DNA of 64,000 nt, taken from contig CALNYS010000002.1 in assembly GCA_942490855.1 (NCBI GenBank), positions 92,341 to 156,340 on the forward strand. Direction: 5' to 3'. The notes beneath the pieces were generated by a model that was given only the letters and a program-made list of their open reading frames with translations, made no database searches and was not told the origin of the DNA. The position numbers and the translations under genes were made by a program. Shown in pieces: positions 9,133 to 17,204 of the stretch. This DNA is from an uncultured Phycisphaeraceae bacterium. GTDB lineage: Bacteria; Planctomycetota; Phycisphaerae; Phycisphaerales; UBA1924. Each line of letters opens with the position of its first letter. Within the stretch, counting starts at the first letter, position 1.

Positions 9133-10158
9133 TCATTCGACCGCGTACAGATCCAGGTACGCGCCGCTCGCGTTGTTGCCCATCCCGAAGACGAGGCGCC
9201 CGCGCTTCGCGTCGTAGAAGCCCATCCCGCTCGCGCGGATCTCCACGTCGCCGGCGTCGCAGTCGCTCCACCCCGCCGTCTCGCCGCTCAAGTCGAGAGC
9301 GACGAGGTCCTGCACGGCGCTGCGCCCGTCGGGCGTCCCGCCCGTGACGTACAGGCGTCGCGACGACGGATCGAACGCCCACTGCGGGTTGCGCCGCCCC
9401 ACGGGCGTGGCGTCTTCGTCCGTCAGGCGTTCCCACGCCGGCGGGTCCGCGGAGAGATCCAGCGCCCACGCGTCGCGCGCGCACACGAGCCCCTGCGCGG
9501 GGATCGCGCCGCTGAACACCACGAGGCGATCGCCCGCGCCGTCTACCGCGTACGCGAACCCGTAGCGCTCGCCCGGCCCGCGCTCGACGTCGAGCTGTTC
9601 CCACATCGCGACGCCGTCCTCAAGGCGCATCGACCACACGTCGTCGTACATCGCCCGCTGCGACACCCCGCCAAAGAGGAGGTAGCGGTCCCGCGCCGCG
9701 TCGTACACGAACCCGTGCAGCGCCCGCGCGGGCGGGGCGTTGCGCTGCTCGATCGTCTCGAACACGAGGGCGTCATCGACAAGCCGCGCGCGCACGAGAT
9801 CGTTGTTCACCTCGAACCCGGCGCCGTAGCCCCCCCACAACAGGAAGCCACCGCCGCCGGCCGCGGCCGCACGCTTCGACCCGCCCCCCGCCGGAGCGTC
9901 GCCGCGCGTTTCGAGCGGCGTCCACGCGCCGTCCGATAGCGACACCGCCCACGCGTCGCTCAGCGGCGCCAGCTGCGGCTGGTACCCGCTCCCGGCATAG
10001 AACACCGCGCGGTCCCGCGCCGGGTCCACGAGCACGGCGGCGTGCTCGCGTCCGATCGGGCCGTCGCCGGCTTCCCATTCGACCCATTCCGTCGCGCGCT
10101 GCGCGGCGCAGAGGGGCACGAAGAGCAGTGAGATAACGATCGCGTTTAATCTGCGCAC
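9133..10158 (-). CDS. Secreted Kelch-repeat beta-propeller protein
   Basis: GTG start preceded by AGGAGA. Signal peptide (M)RRLNAIVISLLFVPLCAA. Repeated units resemble Kelch motifs (e.g. RxxHxxV.D....R..(V/L)FGG...........D(V/L)W). Confidence 0.7.
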   Translation of the reverse strand: MRRLNAIVISLLFVPLCAAQRATEWVEWEAGDGPIGREHAAVLVDPARDRAVFYAGSGYQPQLAPLSDAWAVSLSDGAWTPLETRGDAPAGGGSKRAAAAGGGGFLLWGGYGAGFEVNNDLVRARLVDDALVFETIEQRNAPPARALHGFVYDAARDRYLLFGGVSQRAMYDDVWSMRLEDGVAMWEQLDVERGPGERYGFAYAVDGAGDRLVVFSGAIPAQGLVCARDAWALDLSADPPAWERLTDEDATPVGRRNPQWAFDPSSRRLYVTGGTPDGRSAVQDLVALDLSGETAGWSDCDAGDVEIRASGMGFYDAKRGRLVFGMGNNASGAYLDLYAVE

Positions 10159-10224
10159 GGGCGTTCTCCTGCCCCGACGGGCTGTCGCCGGGGCGCTCGT
10201 GTACCCGCGCCGTGCGCTGAGGTT

Positions 10225-12177
10225 TCACCCGCCCGCGGCGAGCTTCCGCTTGACGACGTTCTCGCTGCCGCCGGCCGCGACGAGCTCCTGCGCCGCGGGG
10301 CCCAGCGCCGGGAACCGGAACGTGCGCTCGCCGAGGGTGATCTCCGAGTCCTCGAAGTTCACGACGAGCGTCTCGCCGGGGATCGTCAGCGCGTCCGAGC
10401 CGCCGTTCGCCTCGCGCAGCGCGGCGACGAGGTCGGGGCACACGATGCAGATGAACCCGTTGTTGAACGCGTTGCGGGTGTAGGTGGCGCTGAAGGTCTC
10501 GGCGATCACCAGCTGGATGCCGAAGCTCGCCAGCGCTGTCGCCGCCTGCTCGCGCGACGACCCAGACCCGAAGTTCGCGCCCCCGATAATGATGTCGCCC
10601 GACTGCGCGATCTGCTGGAACGAGGGGTCGTAGTTGAGCATGGCGTACTGGCCCTGCTGCTCGAGCGTGATGTCGTCGCGGTAGGTGACGTCCTTGCCGT
10701 AGATGCCGTCGGTGTTGAGGTTGTCCTGCGGGAGGAAGAGGGATCGCCCCTCCATGCGCGCCGGGAAGCCGTCGATGATGGTGGTCTTCCCCGCCGCCGC
10801 GGCCGGCCGCGGCTGGACGACGCACCCGCCTAGCGAGCCGTCGCCCTCGTCGAGCGCCATCGGGGAGGCGATGTGCCCGCGGATGGCGCTCTCGGCGACC
10901 ACGGCGGGGCTGGCGAGGTAGCACTGGGCGTCGCGGCTGCCCATGCGTCCTTTGAAGTTGCGGTTGGTGGCGCTGATGCCGACCTCGCCGGCTTCGAGCA
11001 GCCCGGTGCCGAGGCCGATGCAGGCGCCGCAGCCGGGCGGGAGGGCGCGGGCGCCGGCGTTGATCAGCACGTCCCAGTCGCCGCTGGCCTTGGCCTTGGC
11101 CTCGACCTCGCTCGACGCGGCGGCGACGTAGAAGTCCACGCCCGTCGCGACGCGTCGCCCGCCGTCTTTGGAGAACACGCGTGCGGCCGCGGCGAAGTCG
11201 GACTCGCGGGCGTTGACGCAGCTCATGAGGTACGCCTTGTTGATGCGCACGTTGCGGGCTTCCATGTCGGACACGCTGGTCATGTCCTTGACGGTGTCGG
11301 GCCCGCTGACGTGGGGCGCGACCTTGGAGAGGTCGAGCGTCAGCTCCTTGGCGTAGTAGGCGTCCTTGTCGGGAGCCCACTCGGCGCGCGCTTCCCACCA
11401 CTCGTTGACGTCCTCGGCGGTGTAGCGGGGTTCGTCGCGGGCGCTGAAGACCGCGGCGCGTTCGAGGAGGAACGCGAGGAGCGTCTCGTCGAAGGGGAAC
11501 ATGCCCGCGAGGGCGCCCCACTCGGTGGTCATGTTGGAGATGGTCAGTCGCTCGTCCATGCTGAGCGTCGCGACGCCGGGGCCGACGAACTCGATGACGC
11601 AGTTGAGCACCTCGTCGTTATTGAAGTGCCCGCACAGGGCGATGATGACGTCCTTGCCCACGGCGCCTTCGCGCAGCTCGCCGGTGAGGGTGACCTTCAC
11701 GACGTCGGGCACCTGCCACCACGTTTCGCCGGTGGCCCAGATGGCGGCGGCGTCGGTGCGCACGACGGGGGTGCCCACGGCCGCGGCGGCGCCGTAGATG
11801 TTCGAGTGGGAATCGGACCCGACCACAAGGGAGCCGGGGGTGACGTAGCCCTCTTCGATCATGACCTGGTGGGCGATGCCGCGCCCGGGCGGGTAGTAGT
11901 CGATCCCGTTGTCGCGGGCGAACTTCTCGATCTTGGCGTACTTGCCGAGGTTCTCGGGGGTGGTGTTCTGGATGTCGTGGTCCATGCCGAAGACGGGCTG
12001 CTTCGGGTCGCGGACTTTGGTCGCGCCGATGGACTGAAACTTGGGGATGACCGCGCCGGTGTTGTCGTGGGTCATCACGTGCTTGGGGCGGATGGCGACG
12101 ATGTCGCCGGAGCGGACGTCGCCGGTGGAACCCACGGCGTAGCGCTGGACGATCTTTTCGATGGAGGTCTGGGGCAT
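10225..12177 (-). CDS. Aconitase-family hydratase with fused large and small subunit domains (homoaconitase / 3-isopropylmalate dehydratase-like)
   Basis: The ATG at 12177 gives MPQTSIEKIVQRY.... Motifs present: VMTHDNTG, GSDSHS, CGACIGLG, ATNRNFKGRMG. A C-terminal swivel (LeuD-like) domain lies in the same ORF. Confidence 0.85.
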   Translation of the reverse strand: MPQTSIEKIVQRYAVGSTGDVRSGDIVAIRPKHVMTHDNTGAVIPKFQSIGATKVRDPKQPVFGMDHDIQNTTPENLGKYAKIEKFARDNGIDYYPPGRGIAHQVMIEEGYVTPGSLVVGSDSHSNIYGAAAAVGTPVVRTDAAAIWATGETWWQVPDVVKVTLTGELREGAVGKDVIIALCGHFNNDEVLNCVIEFVGPGVATLSMDERLTISNMTTEWGALAGMFPFDETLLAFLLERAAVFSARDEPRYTAEDVNEWWEARAEWAPDKDAYYAKELTLDLSKVAPHVSGPDTVKDMTSVSDMEARNVRINKAYLMSCVNARESDFAAAARVFSKDGGRRVATGVDFYVAAASSEVEAKAKASGDWDVLINAGARALPPGCGACIGLGTGLLEAGEVGISATNRNFKGRMGSRDAQCYLASPAVVAESAIRGHIASPMALDEGDGSLGGCVVQPRPAAAAGKTTIIDGFPARMEGRSLFLPQDNLNTDGIYGKDVTYRDDITLEQQGQYAMLNYDPSFQQIAQSGDIIIGGANFGSGSSREQAATALASFGIQLVIAETFSATYTRNAFNNGFICIVCPDLVAALREANGGSDALTIPGETLVVNFEDSEITLGERTFRFPALGPAAQELVAAGGSENVVKRKLAAGG

Positions 12178-12267
12178 GCGAGCAGCGTAGCGGGTCCGGC
12201 CCTTTTCTCCCACGCCACCAGCGCGGGGATACGGGGAACAGCACGGACGCGTGCGCTGTTCAATAGG

Positions 12268-12310
12268 GAGCCCTCACCCCGGCCCTCTCCCCGGGGGAGA
12301 GGGAGGTGGG
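12268..12310. repeat. REP-like palindromic intergenic element, copy 1
   Basis: GAGCCCTCACCCCGGCCCTCTCCCCGGGGGAGAGGGAGGTGGG. It contains the inverted repeat CCCTCTCCCC/GGGGGAGAGGG. Confidence 0.8.
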
Positions 12311-12338
12311 CGCGGCTCGCGGCGCTCGCTTGTTACTC

Positions 12339-12382
12339 GGCCCCTCACCCCAGCCCTCTCCCTGTGGGAGAGGGGGCGGAGG
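12339..12382. repeat. REP-like palindromic intergenic element, copy 2
   Basis: GGCCCCTCACCCCAGCCCTCTCCCTGTGGGAGAGGGGGCGGAGG. Same orientation as copy 1, with a few substitutions. Confidence 0.8.
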
Positions 12383-12386
12383 ACGC

Positions 12387-12752
12387 ATGAAGATCCAGAT
12401 CAAACGCATCTATGAAGACCCGGCGCGGGGGGATGGTTTCCGGGCGTTGGTGGACCGGCTGTGGCCGCGGGGCGTGTCGAAGGACACAGCGGAGCTCGAC
12501 GCGTGGGCGAAGGACGTCGCGCCGTCATCGGAGCTGCGGAAGTCGTGCCCGCGCGACCCGGAGCACTTCCCGGAGTTCCGGAAGCTGTACCTGAAGGAGA
12601 TCAGTGCGAACGGCGATGCGATCGACGCGCTGCTGGCGGAGGTGCGCAAGAGCCGGAAGACCACGCTGACGCTGCTGTACGCGTCGCGGGAGGCGGAGCT
12701 GAATCACGCGGTGGTTTTGAAGGAGGGGATTGAGCGGCGTGTGGGGCGCTAA
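12387..12752 (+). CDS. DUF488 family protein
   Basis: The ATG at 12387 gives MKIQIKRIYEDPARGDGFRALVDRLWPRGVSKDTAELDAWAKDVAPSSELRK.., the characteristic DUF488 N-terminus. The upstream part of ORF 12306.. is only a translation of the REP element. Confidence 0.8.
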   Translation: MKIQIKRIYEDPARGDGFRALVDRLWPRGVSKDTAELDAWAKDVAPSSELRKSCPRDPEHFPEFRKLYLKEISANGDAIDALLAEVRKSRKTTLTLLYASREAELNHAVVLKEGIERRVGR

Positions 12753-13756
12753 GCGGAGTCGCCGGGATTGCTCAGCCAGAGTTTCCAGAGTGACTGGAAC
12801 TTCTTGCTCTTGACCCCGCGGGAAAACTGCAGCGTCGCGGTCCCCTGCGGGCCTACGAGTCTCGCGTTGACGAGCTGCAACTTGTTGCGACCGGCGCGCC
12901 TCGCGGTCAGGTAGATACACGCGTCGCCACGGCGCCATTCTGCGCCGAGCGCCTCGCGGACTCGCCCGGCTTGAAGCCTGTAGGGCCACGCGCCAGCGGT
13001 CATCATCCCAAGCAGCAAAGCCGAGATGGCGATGAGTGCGACCCAGCCGTACGCCCCAGAGACGGAACTCTGGACATCCCAGGTGTACGAGGTTGCGTAG
13101 TCGAAGAGCTCGATCGCTACGAGCAGGAGGACGCTCAAGGCTATCGCTCCCAAGAAGTACGGTATGAGAAAGAACAGCAGCGAGTCACGCTGACCGAACA
13201 TCTGTCGGCGGGGTTCGTTCATTGGCTCCCGTGCGGTCTCTATCGCCTCCCTGAGCGCTTTGGGTGCGTAGACATCAAACCCGCCGGCCCCGCAACGATC
13301 GAGCATGGCGCAGGTCTCTGCCCACGCCTGCTCGCTCTCGGCTCGCTGGACAGCGGCACGGCGAAAACAAAACACGGGGCCACGCAGCGAGAGATAGATC
13401 GCATCAAAGAGCGTTTCGCGCTCGAGCGATTTCGATCTCTTCACGTGTCGCCGCTCCGCGATGAGAATCGGCCCGAACATGGTCCCACAGAGCCCGACGG
13501 TGAGGGGCAACGAGAACCAGAGGGGCAGGGGTCCGGATGGTCGCCCATATAGGACCGCGACCGGGACCGCGATCAACAGGAAGACGATGAGTGGCCCGGC
13601 GTAGAAAACGAACGCACGGGCGCCGGAGATCGTTGGCGTCGGCGGCTCCGGTAGGTCGCTCTCGTCCCACCAGTACACGCGCCCGTTGCTCTTTGGTGCG
13701 GGGGTATTCAGCCGTGCGCCCTCAGCTCTTCTTCCCGAGGTACTTCGCGATATCAA
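12749..13756 (-). CDS. Hypothetical four-TM membrane protein with relaxed codon bias
   Basis: 335-aa ORF beginning at a TTG that overlaps the upstream HD-like gene by 35 nt. An alternative GTG start at 13678 is possible. Two pairs of TM helices plus soluble segments. Third-codon positions are less GC-biased than in neighbouring genes. Confidence 0.55.
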   Translation of the reverse strand: MISRSTSGRRAEGARLNTPAPKSNGRVYWWDESDLPEPPTPTISGARAFVFYAGPLIVFLLIAVPVAVLYGRPSGPLPLWFSLPLTVGLCGTMFGPILIAERRHVKRSKSLERETLFDAIYLSLRGPVFCFRRAAVQRAESEQAWAETCAMLDRCGAGGFDVYAPKALREAIETAREPMNEPRRQMFGQRDSLLFFLIPYFLGAIALSVLLLVAIELFDYATSYTWDVQSSVSGAYGWVALIAISALLLGMMTAGAWPYRLQAGRVREALGAEWRRGDACIYLTARRAGRNKLQLVNARLVGPQGTATLQFSRGVKSKKFQSLWKLWLSNPGDSA

Positions 13757-14291
13757 AGTCCACGAAGTCGGCGTGGTGGAAGATGATGGACTCGATGGAG
13801 CGCTGGACTTTGTCGCCCTCGTGGGAGTGGGTGGCGACGATGTGCATCACTTCGGGGGGGATGCCGTGCTTGTAGCACATGGCGACGCCGGAGAAGGGGT
13901 GGCGGAGCATGTCGCCGTAGTGGCCCTTGACGAGTTTGCCGTCGACCTTGTCGAACTCGAGGGGCTTTCCGACGTCGGCGAGGAGGGAGCCGGCGAGGAG
14001 GTGGTCGCGGTTGATGGGGATGCGGTCGGCGAAGATCTTGGTGAGGACGTCGGCGATCGCCATGCACTGCTGGGCGCAGGAGCGGAGGTGCTCGATGTAG
14101 CGGAGGTCGATGTCGCCGGCGAGGAGGGTGAAGGGGACGGCGCGGAGCTCGTCGAAGGTCCAGCCCTTGCCGCCGGCTCCGGTGGTGAGGGCTTCGGACC
14201 AGACGGCGGCGACGTTGTCGCGCAGCTGGGCGTCCTGGATGTCCATCACTTCGGGCAGGAGCTCGGCGATCTGTTCGGTCGTGAAACTCAT
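13722..14291 (-). CDS. Divergent HD-superfamily-like protein
   Basis: 189 aa. It contains His/Asp-rich motifs (YIEHLRS, LLADVGKP, ATHSHEGD, FHHADFVDF). Where canonical HD proteins read HD.GK, this protein reads ADVGK. Confidence 0.55.
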   Translation of the reverse strand: MSFTTEQIAELLPEVMDIQDAQLRDNVAAVWSEALTTGAGGKGWTFDELRAVPFTLLAGDIDLRYIEHLRSCAQQCMAIADVLTKIFADRIPINRDHLLAGSLLADVGKPLEFDKVDGKLVKGHYGDMLRHPFSGVAMCYKHGIPPEVMHIVATHSHEGDKVQRSIESIIFHHADFVDFDIAKYLGKKS

Positions 14292-14312
14292 GGCGTCGTT
14301 CTTCCCTGTTCT

Positions 14313-14858
14313 CTAGCTGTTTTGCTCGACCCACTCGCGGCGGAGAAGGCCGTAGTAGACGTCGTCTTCGTACTGGCCCCACTTCAGGGCCTGCTCACGC
14401 AGCACGCCCTCGCGGGTGAAGCCTAGCTTTTCGAGGATGTGCGCGGAGCGTTCGTTGCGGGCCCAGCAGGTCGCGTAGACGCGGTGGAGCCCGACGCTCT
14501 CGAAGGCGAAGCGGAGGAGCTCGGTCGCGGCTTCGAAGGCGAAGCCGTGCCCGCGGTGGTCCTTGCCCACGATGTACCCGATGTCGCCGATGTTGTGGGT
14601 GGGGTCGCGGTTGAGCATGACGTCGCCGACGATGGCGCTGGTGTCTTTGCGGACGAGGAGGAAGGCGTACTTCTTCTCTTCGTCGGCGTCGGCGCCGGTC
14701 TTGGTCACCCACTCCCGCGCCTTTTCGAGCGTGTAGGGGCTCGGGATGCCGTAGCCGCCCCAGGAGGACTCGGGGTCGTCGCAGAAGGCGACGATGGCCT
14801 CGGCGTCGTCGAGGGTCGGGGTGCGCATGAGGAGGCGCTGGGTGTGGAGTTCGATCAT
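14313..14858 (-). CDS. GNAT family N-acetyltransferase (RimJ/RimL-like)
   Basis: The ATG at 14858 gives MIELHTQRLLMRTPTLDDAEAIVAF.... It contains the motif GYIVGKDHRGHGFAFEA. A 4-nt ATGA overlap joins it to the upstream GNAT gene. Confidence 0.85.
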   Translation of the reverse strand: MIELHTQRLLMRTPTLDDAEAIVAFCDDPESSWGGYGIPSPYTLEKAREWVTKTGADADEEKKYAFLLVRKDTSAIVGDVMLNRDPTHNIGDIGYIVGKDHRGHGFAFEAATELLRFAFESVGLHRVYATCWARNERSAHILEKLGFTREGVLREQALKWGQYEDDVYYGLLRREWVEQNS

Positions 14859-15409
14859 CGCTGGATCCCCGCGGCCCATTCGTCGCGCGTGAGTGTGAAG
14901 CCCTCGGCGTCGAAGAACTCGCCGTCTTTTTCGCATTGGTTAGGCAGGACGCCGACGGAGCGCATGCCGATCTTCTCAAGTACGCGAGACGAGGCGGGGT
15001 TTCGCGTCATCGCGTGTGCGCAGAGTTCGGCGAACCCGAGCGTCGCGAAGCCGTAGGCGAGCAGGGCGCTGCAGGCTTCGGTCGCGTAGCCCCTCCCCCA
15101 CCACGGGCGCCCGACGACGTAGCCGAACTCGGCCTCGTCGCGCCCCTTGATGTTGAGGAAGCCGATCGATCCGATGAGCGTGCTCGTTTCGCTGAGATCG
15201 ATGAGGAGGGTCAGCGCGTCGCCGGCGGCGCGGAGGCGTTCGAAACGCGCGATTGCTTCGGCGGCGTCCGCTTCGGTGTAGGGGTAAGGGATTGAGCGGG
15301 TGAAGGCGGCGATGTCGCGGTCGGAGAAGACGGCGGGCATCGCGGGGATGTCCGCCTCGCTCGGGGCGCGGAGGACGAGGCGCTCGGTCTCGAGTCGGGG
15401 GAGGTTCAT
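14855..15409 (-). CDS. GNAT family N-acetyltransferase (RimJ/RimL-like)
   Basis: The ATG at 15409 gives MNLPRLETERLVLRAPSEADIPAM.... It contains the motif GYVVGRPWWGRGYATEA. A 4-nt overlap joins it to the lyase-like gene upstream. Confidence 0.85.
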   Translation of the reverse strand: MNLPRLETERLVLRAPSEADIPAMPAVFSDRDIAAFTRSIPYPYTEADAAEAIARFERLRAAGDALTLLIDLSETSTLIGSIGFLNIKGRDEAEFGYVVGRPWWGRGYATEACSALLAYGFATLGFAELCAHAMTRNPASSRVLEKIGMRSVGVLPNQCEKDGEFFDAEGFTLTRDEWAAGIQR

Positions 15410-16170
15410 TGGTTGAGCGTGCGGTCGGCGGGGCCGTCGTACTCGTGGGCGCCGGGGATGACGCGGCGCATGGGCTTCATGCGTTCGCGTTCTTCGGTGG
15501 CGTGGGCGACGAGGCCGGGGACGCGGGCGATCATGAAGAGGCCGTTCATGACGGAGGGGTCGAAGCCGAGGTCGGCGAGGATGGCGCCGATCGCGCCGTC
15601 GACGTTGATGGGCAGGGCCTTGCCGCTGGCGGCGAATGCGGATTCGACGGCGCGGGCGGCGGCGACGTGGGGGCCGGTCGCGCCGGCTTCCTCGGCGAGC
15701 TCGAACAAGCGCGCCGTGCGCGGGTCGGCGGTGTGGATGCGGTGCCCGAAGCCGCTCATGCGTTCGCCGCGGGTTTTCATGTCGGCGAGCTCGGCGTTGG
15801 CGGCCTCGCTGAGGTCGCCGCCGCGGGCGATGATCGCGCCGAGCTGGCGGGCGCACTTCTCGATGGCGCCGCCGTGGAAGTTGTTGATGGAGAGGATGCC
15901 GGCGCTGACGGCCTGGGAGAGCGAGGCGCCGGTGGAGGCCACGGTGCGGGCGGAGAGGACGCTGGGGGGCGTGGCGCCGTGGTCGATGCTGGAGACGACG
16001 ATGGCGTCCATCAGCTTGCCGACAGGTTCGCTGGGCATTTCACCGCGGAGGATGAGGTAGACGGCGGCGCCGAAGGAGACGCGTCCCATGAGGTCGGCGA
16101 TGTCGTAGCCGCGGACGCGGACCTCGTTGGGTCGGATGTTGGTGATGGCGGTGGGCCAGGTGTCGGGCAT
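15406..16170 (-). CDS. Short citrate-synthase-fold protein, citryl-CoA lyase-like
   Basis: 254 aa and lacks the large N-terminal citrate synthase domain. It contains the citrate synthase family signature MSGFGHRIHTADPR and later the catalytic-region motif ARVPGLVAH. Confidence 0.75.
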   Translation of the reverse strand: MPDTWPTAITNIRPNEVRVRGYDIADLMGRVSFGAAVYLILRGEMPSEPVGKLMDAIVVSSIDHGATPPSVLSARTVASTGASLSQAVSAGILSINNFHGGAIEKCARQLGAIIARGGDLSEAANAELADMKTRGERMSGFGHRIHTADPRTARLFELAEEAGATGPHVAAARAVESAFAASGKALPINVDGAIGAILADLGFDPSVMNGLFMIARVPGLVAHATEERERMKPMRRVIPGAHEYDGPADRTLNQ

Positions 16171-16242
16171 GGGTGTGCTCTGTCGTGTGTCAGCGGGGGA
16201 AACGCGGCGCTAGAAATACGCTTGAAAATCAGAGGAATACGG

Positions 16243-16284
16243 AGCCCTCACCCCGGCCCTCTCCCCGGGGGAGAGGGGGCGGAT
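16243..16284. repeat. REP-like palindromic intergenic element, copy 3
   Basis: AGCCCTCACCCCGGCCCTCTCCCCGGGGGAGAGGGGGCGGAT, nearly identical to copies 1 and 2. It lies in the 116-nt gap between the CoA-ligase alpha gene and the lyase-like gene. Confidence 0.8.
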
Positions 16285-16286
16285 TC

Positions 16287-17204
16287 TTAGGCCTTGGCTC
16301 CGATGGTTTCGAGGACGGCGGCGGGGAGGTCGCCGAAGGAATCGACGACGGTTGCGCCGGCTTTCGTGAGCGCTTCGACCTTGCCGGCGTGGGTTCCGGT
16401 GTTGCCCTCGATGATCGCGCCGGCGTGGCTGAAGCGGGTGCCTTCTTTGGCGACCTTGCCGCCGATGTAGGCGACGACGGGCTTGGTGACGCGCCCGGCC
16501 TGCATCAGCTCGGCGAGGTCTTCTTCCTGGGAGCCGCCGATCTCGCCGAAGATCGTGATGACTTCGGTGTCGGGGTCGTCTTGGAATCGCAGGGCGATGT
16601 CGGGGATGCGCAGCCCGAGGACGGAGTCGCCGCCGACGTGGCAGAGGGTGGAGAGGCCGACGCCCTGCCGGCAGAGGTAGTAGCCGCAGGAGCTGGTCAT
16701 GCCGCCCGAGCGGGAGATGATGCCGACGCTGCCGGGGGTGAACCACTCGCGGGCGCTGGCGGCTTTCCCGCCGATCATGCCCATGACGGCTTTGCCGGGC
16801 GAGAGCACGCCGAGGGTGTTGGGGCCGATGAATTCGGCGCCGTGCGTGTTAGCAGCCTTGGCGATCGCCATGGCGTCCCAGACGGGGACGCGGTCGGGGA
16901 CGAGGAGCAGGAGCTTGACGCCGGCCTCGATGGCTTCGATCGCGGCGTGCTTGATGAGGCGCGCGGGGACGAAGAGGACGGAGATGTCTACGGGCCCGGC
17001 GTGCTCGGCGTTGGAGTGGGCCATCGCCTCGGAGACGTGGTCCCAGACGGGGAGGCCTTCGACCTCCTGCCCGCCCTTGCCAGGGGTGCAGCCGCCGATG
17101 ATGCGGGTGCCGAACTCGCGCATGAGTCGTGTGCGGGCGCGCCCTTCGCGCCCGGTGATGCCCTGGACGATGACGCGTTTGGTTTCGTCGATGAGAATCG
17201 CCAT
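16287..17204 (-). CDS. Succinyl-CoA synthetase alpha-like CoA-ligase subunit (citryl-CoA synthetase small-subunit-like)
   Basis: The ATG at 17204 gives MAILIDETKRVIVQGITGREG.... Motifs present: SRSGGMT and the phosphohistidine loop FSHAGAI. The start overlaps the stop of the upstream gene (TGATG). Confidence 0.85.
   Translation of the reverse strand: MAILIDETKRVIVQGITGREGRARTRLMREFGTRIIGGCTPGKGGQEVEGLPVWDHVSEAMAHSNAEHAGPVDISVLFVPARLIKHAAIEAIEAGVKLLLLVPDRVPVWDAMAIAKAANTHGAEFIGPNTLGVLSPGKAVMGMIGGKAASAREWFTPGSVGIISRSGGMTSSCGYYLCRQGVGLSTLCHVGGDSVLGLRIPDIALRFQDDPDTEVITIFGEIGGSQEEDLAELMQAGRVTKPVVAYIGGKVAKEGTRFSHAGAIIEGNTGTHAGKVEALTKAGATVVDSFGDLPAAVLETIGAKA

Noticed and set aside
12306-12386. N-terminal extension of the DUF488 ORF, and ORF 16173..17621 (+), which encode ..SPSPRPSPRGRGG.. 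peptides.
   Set aside because: These peptides are translations of the palindromic REP-like element. The DUF488 family N-terminus starts at the ATG at 12387, and 16173..17621 is antisense to the CoA-ligase alpha gene.
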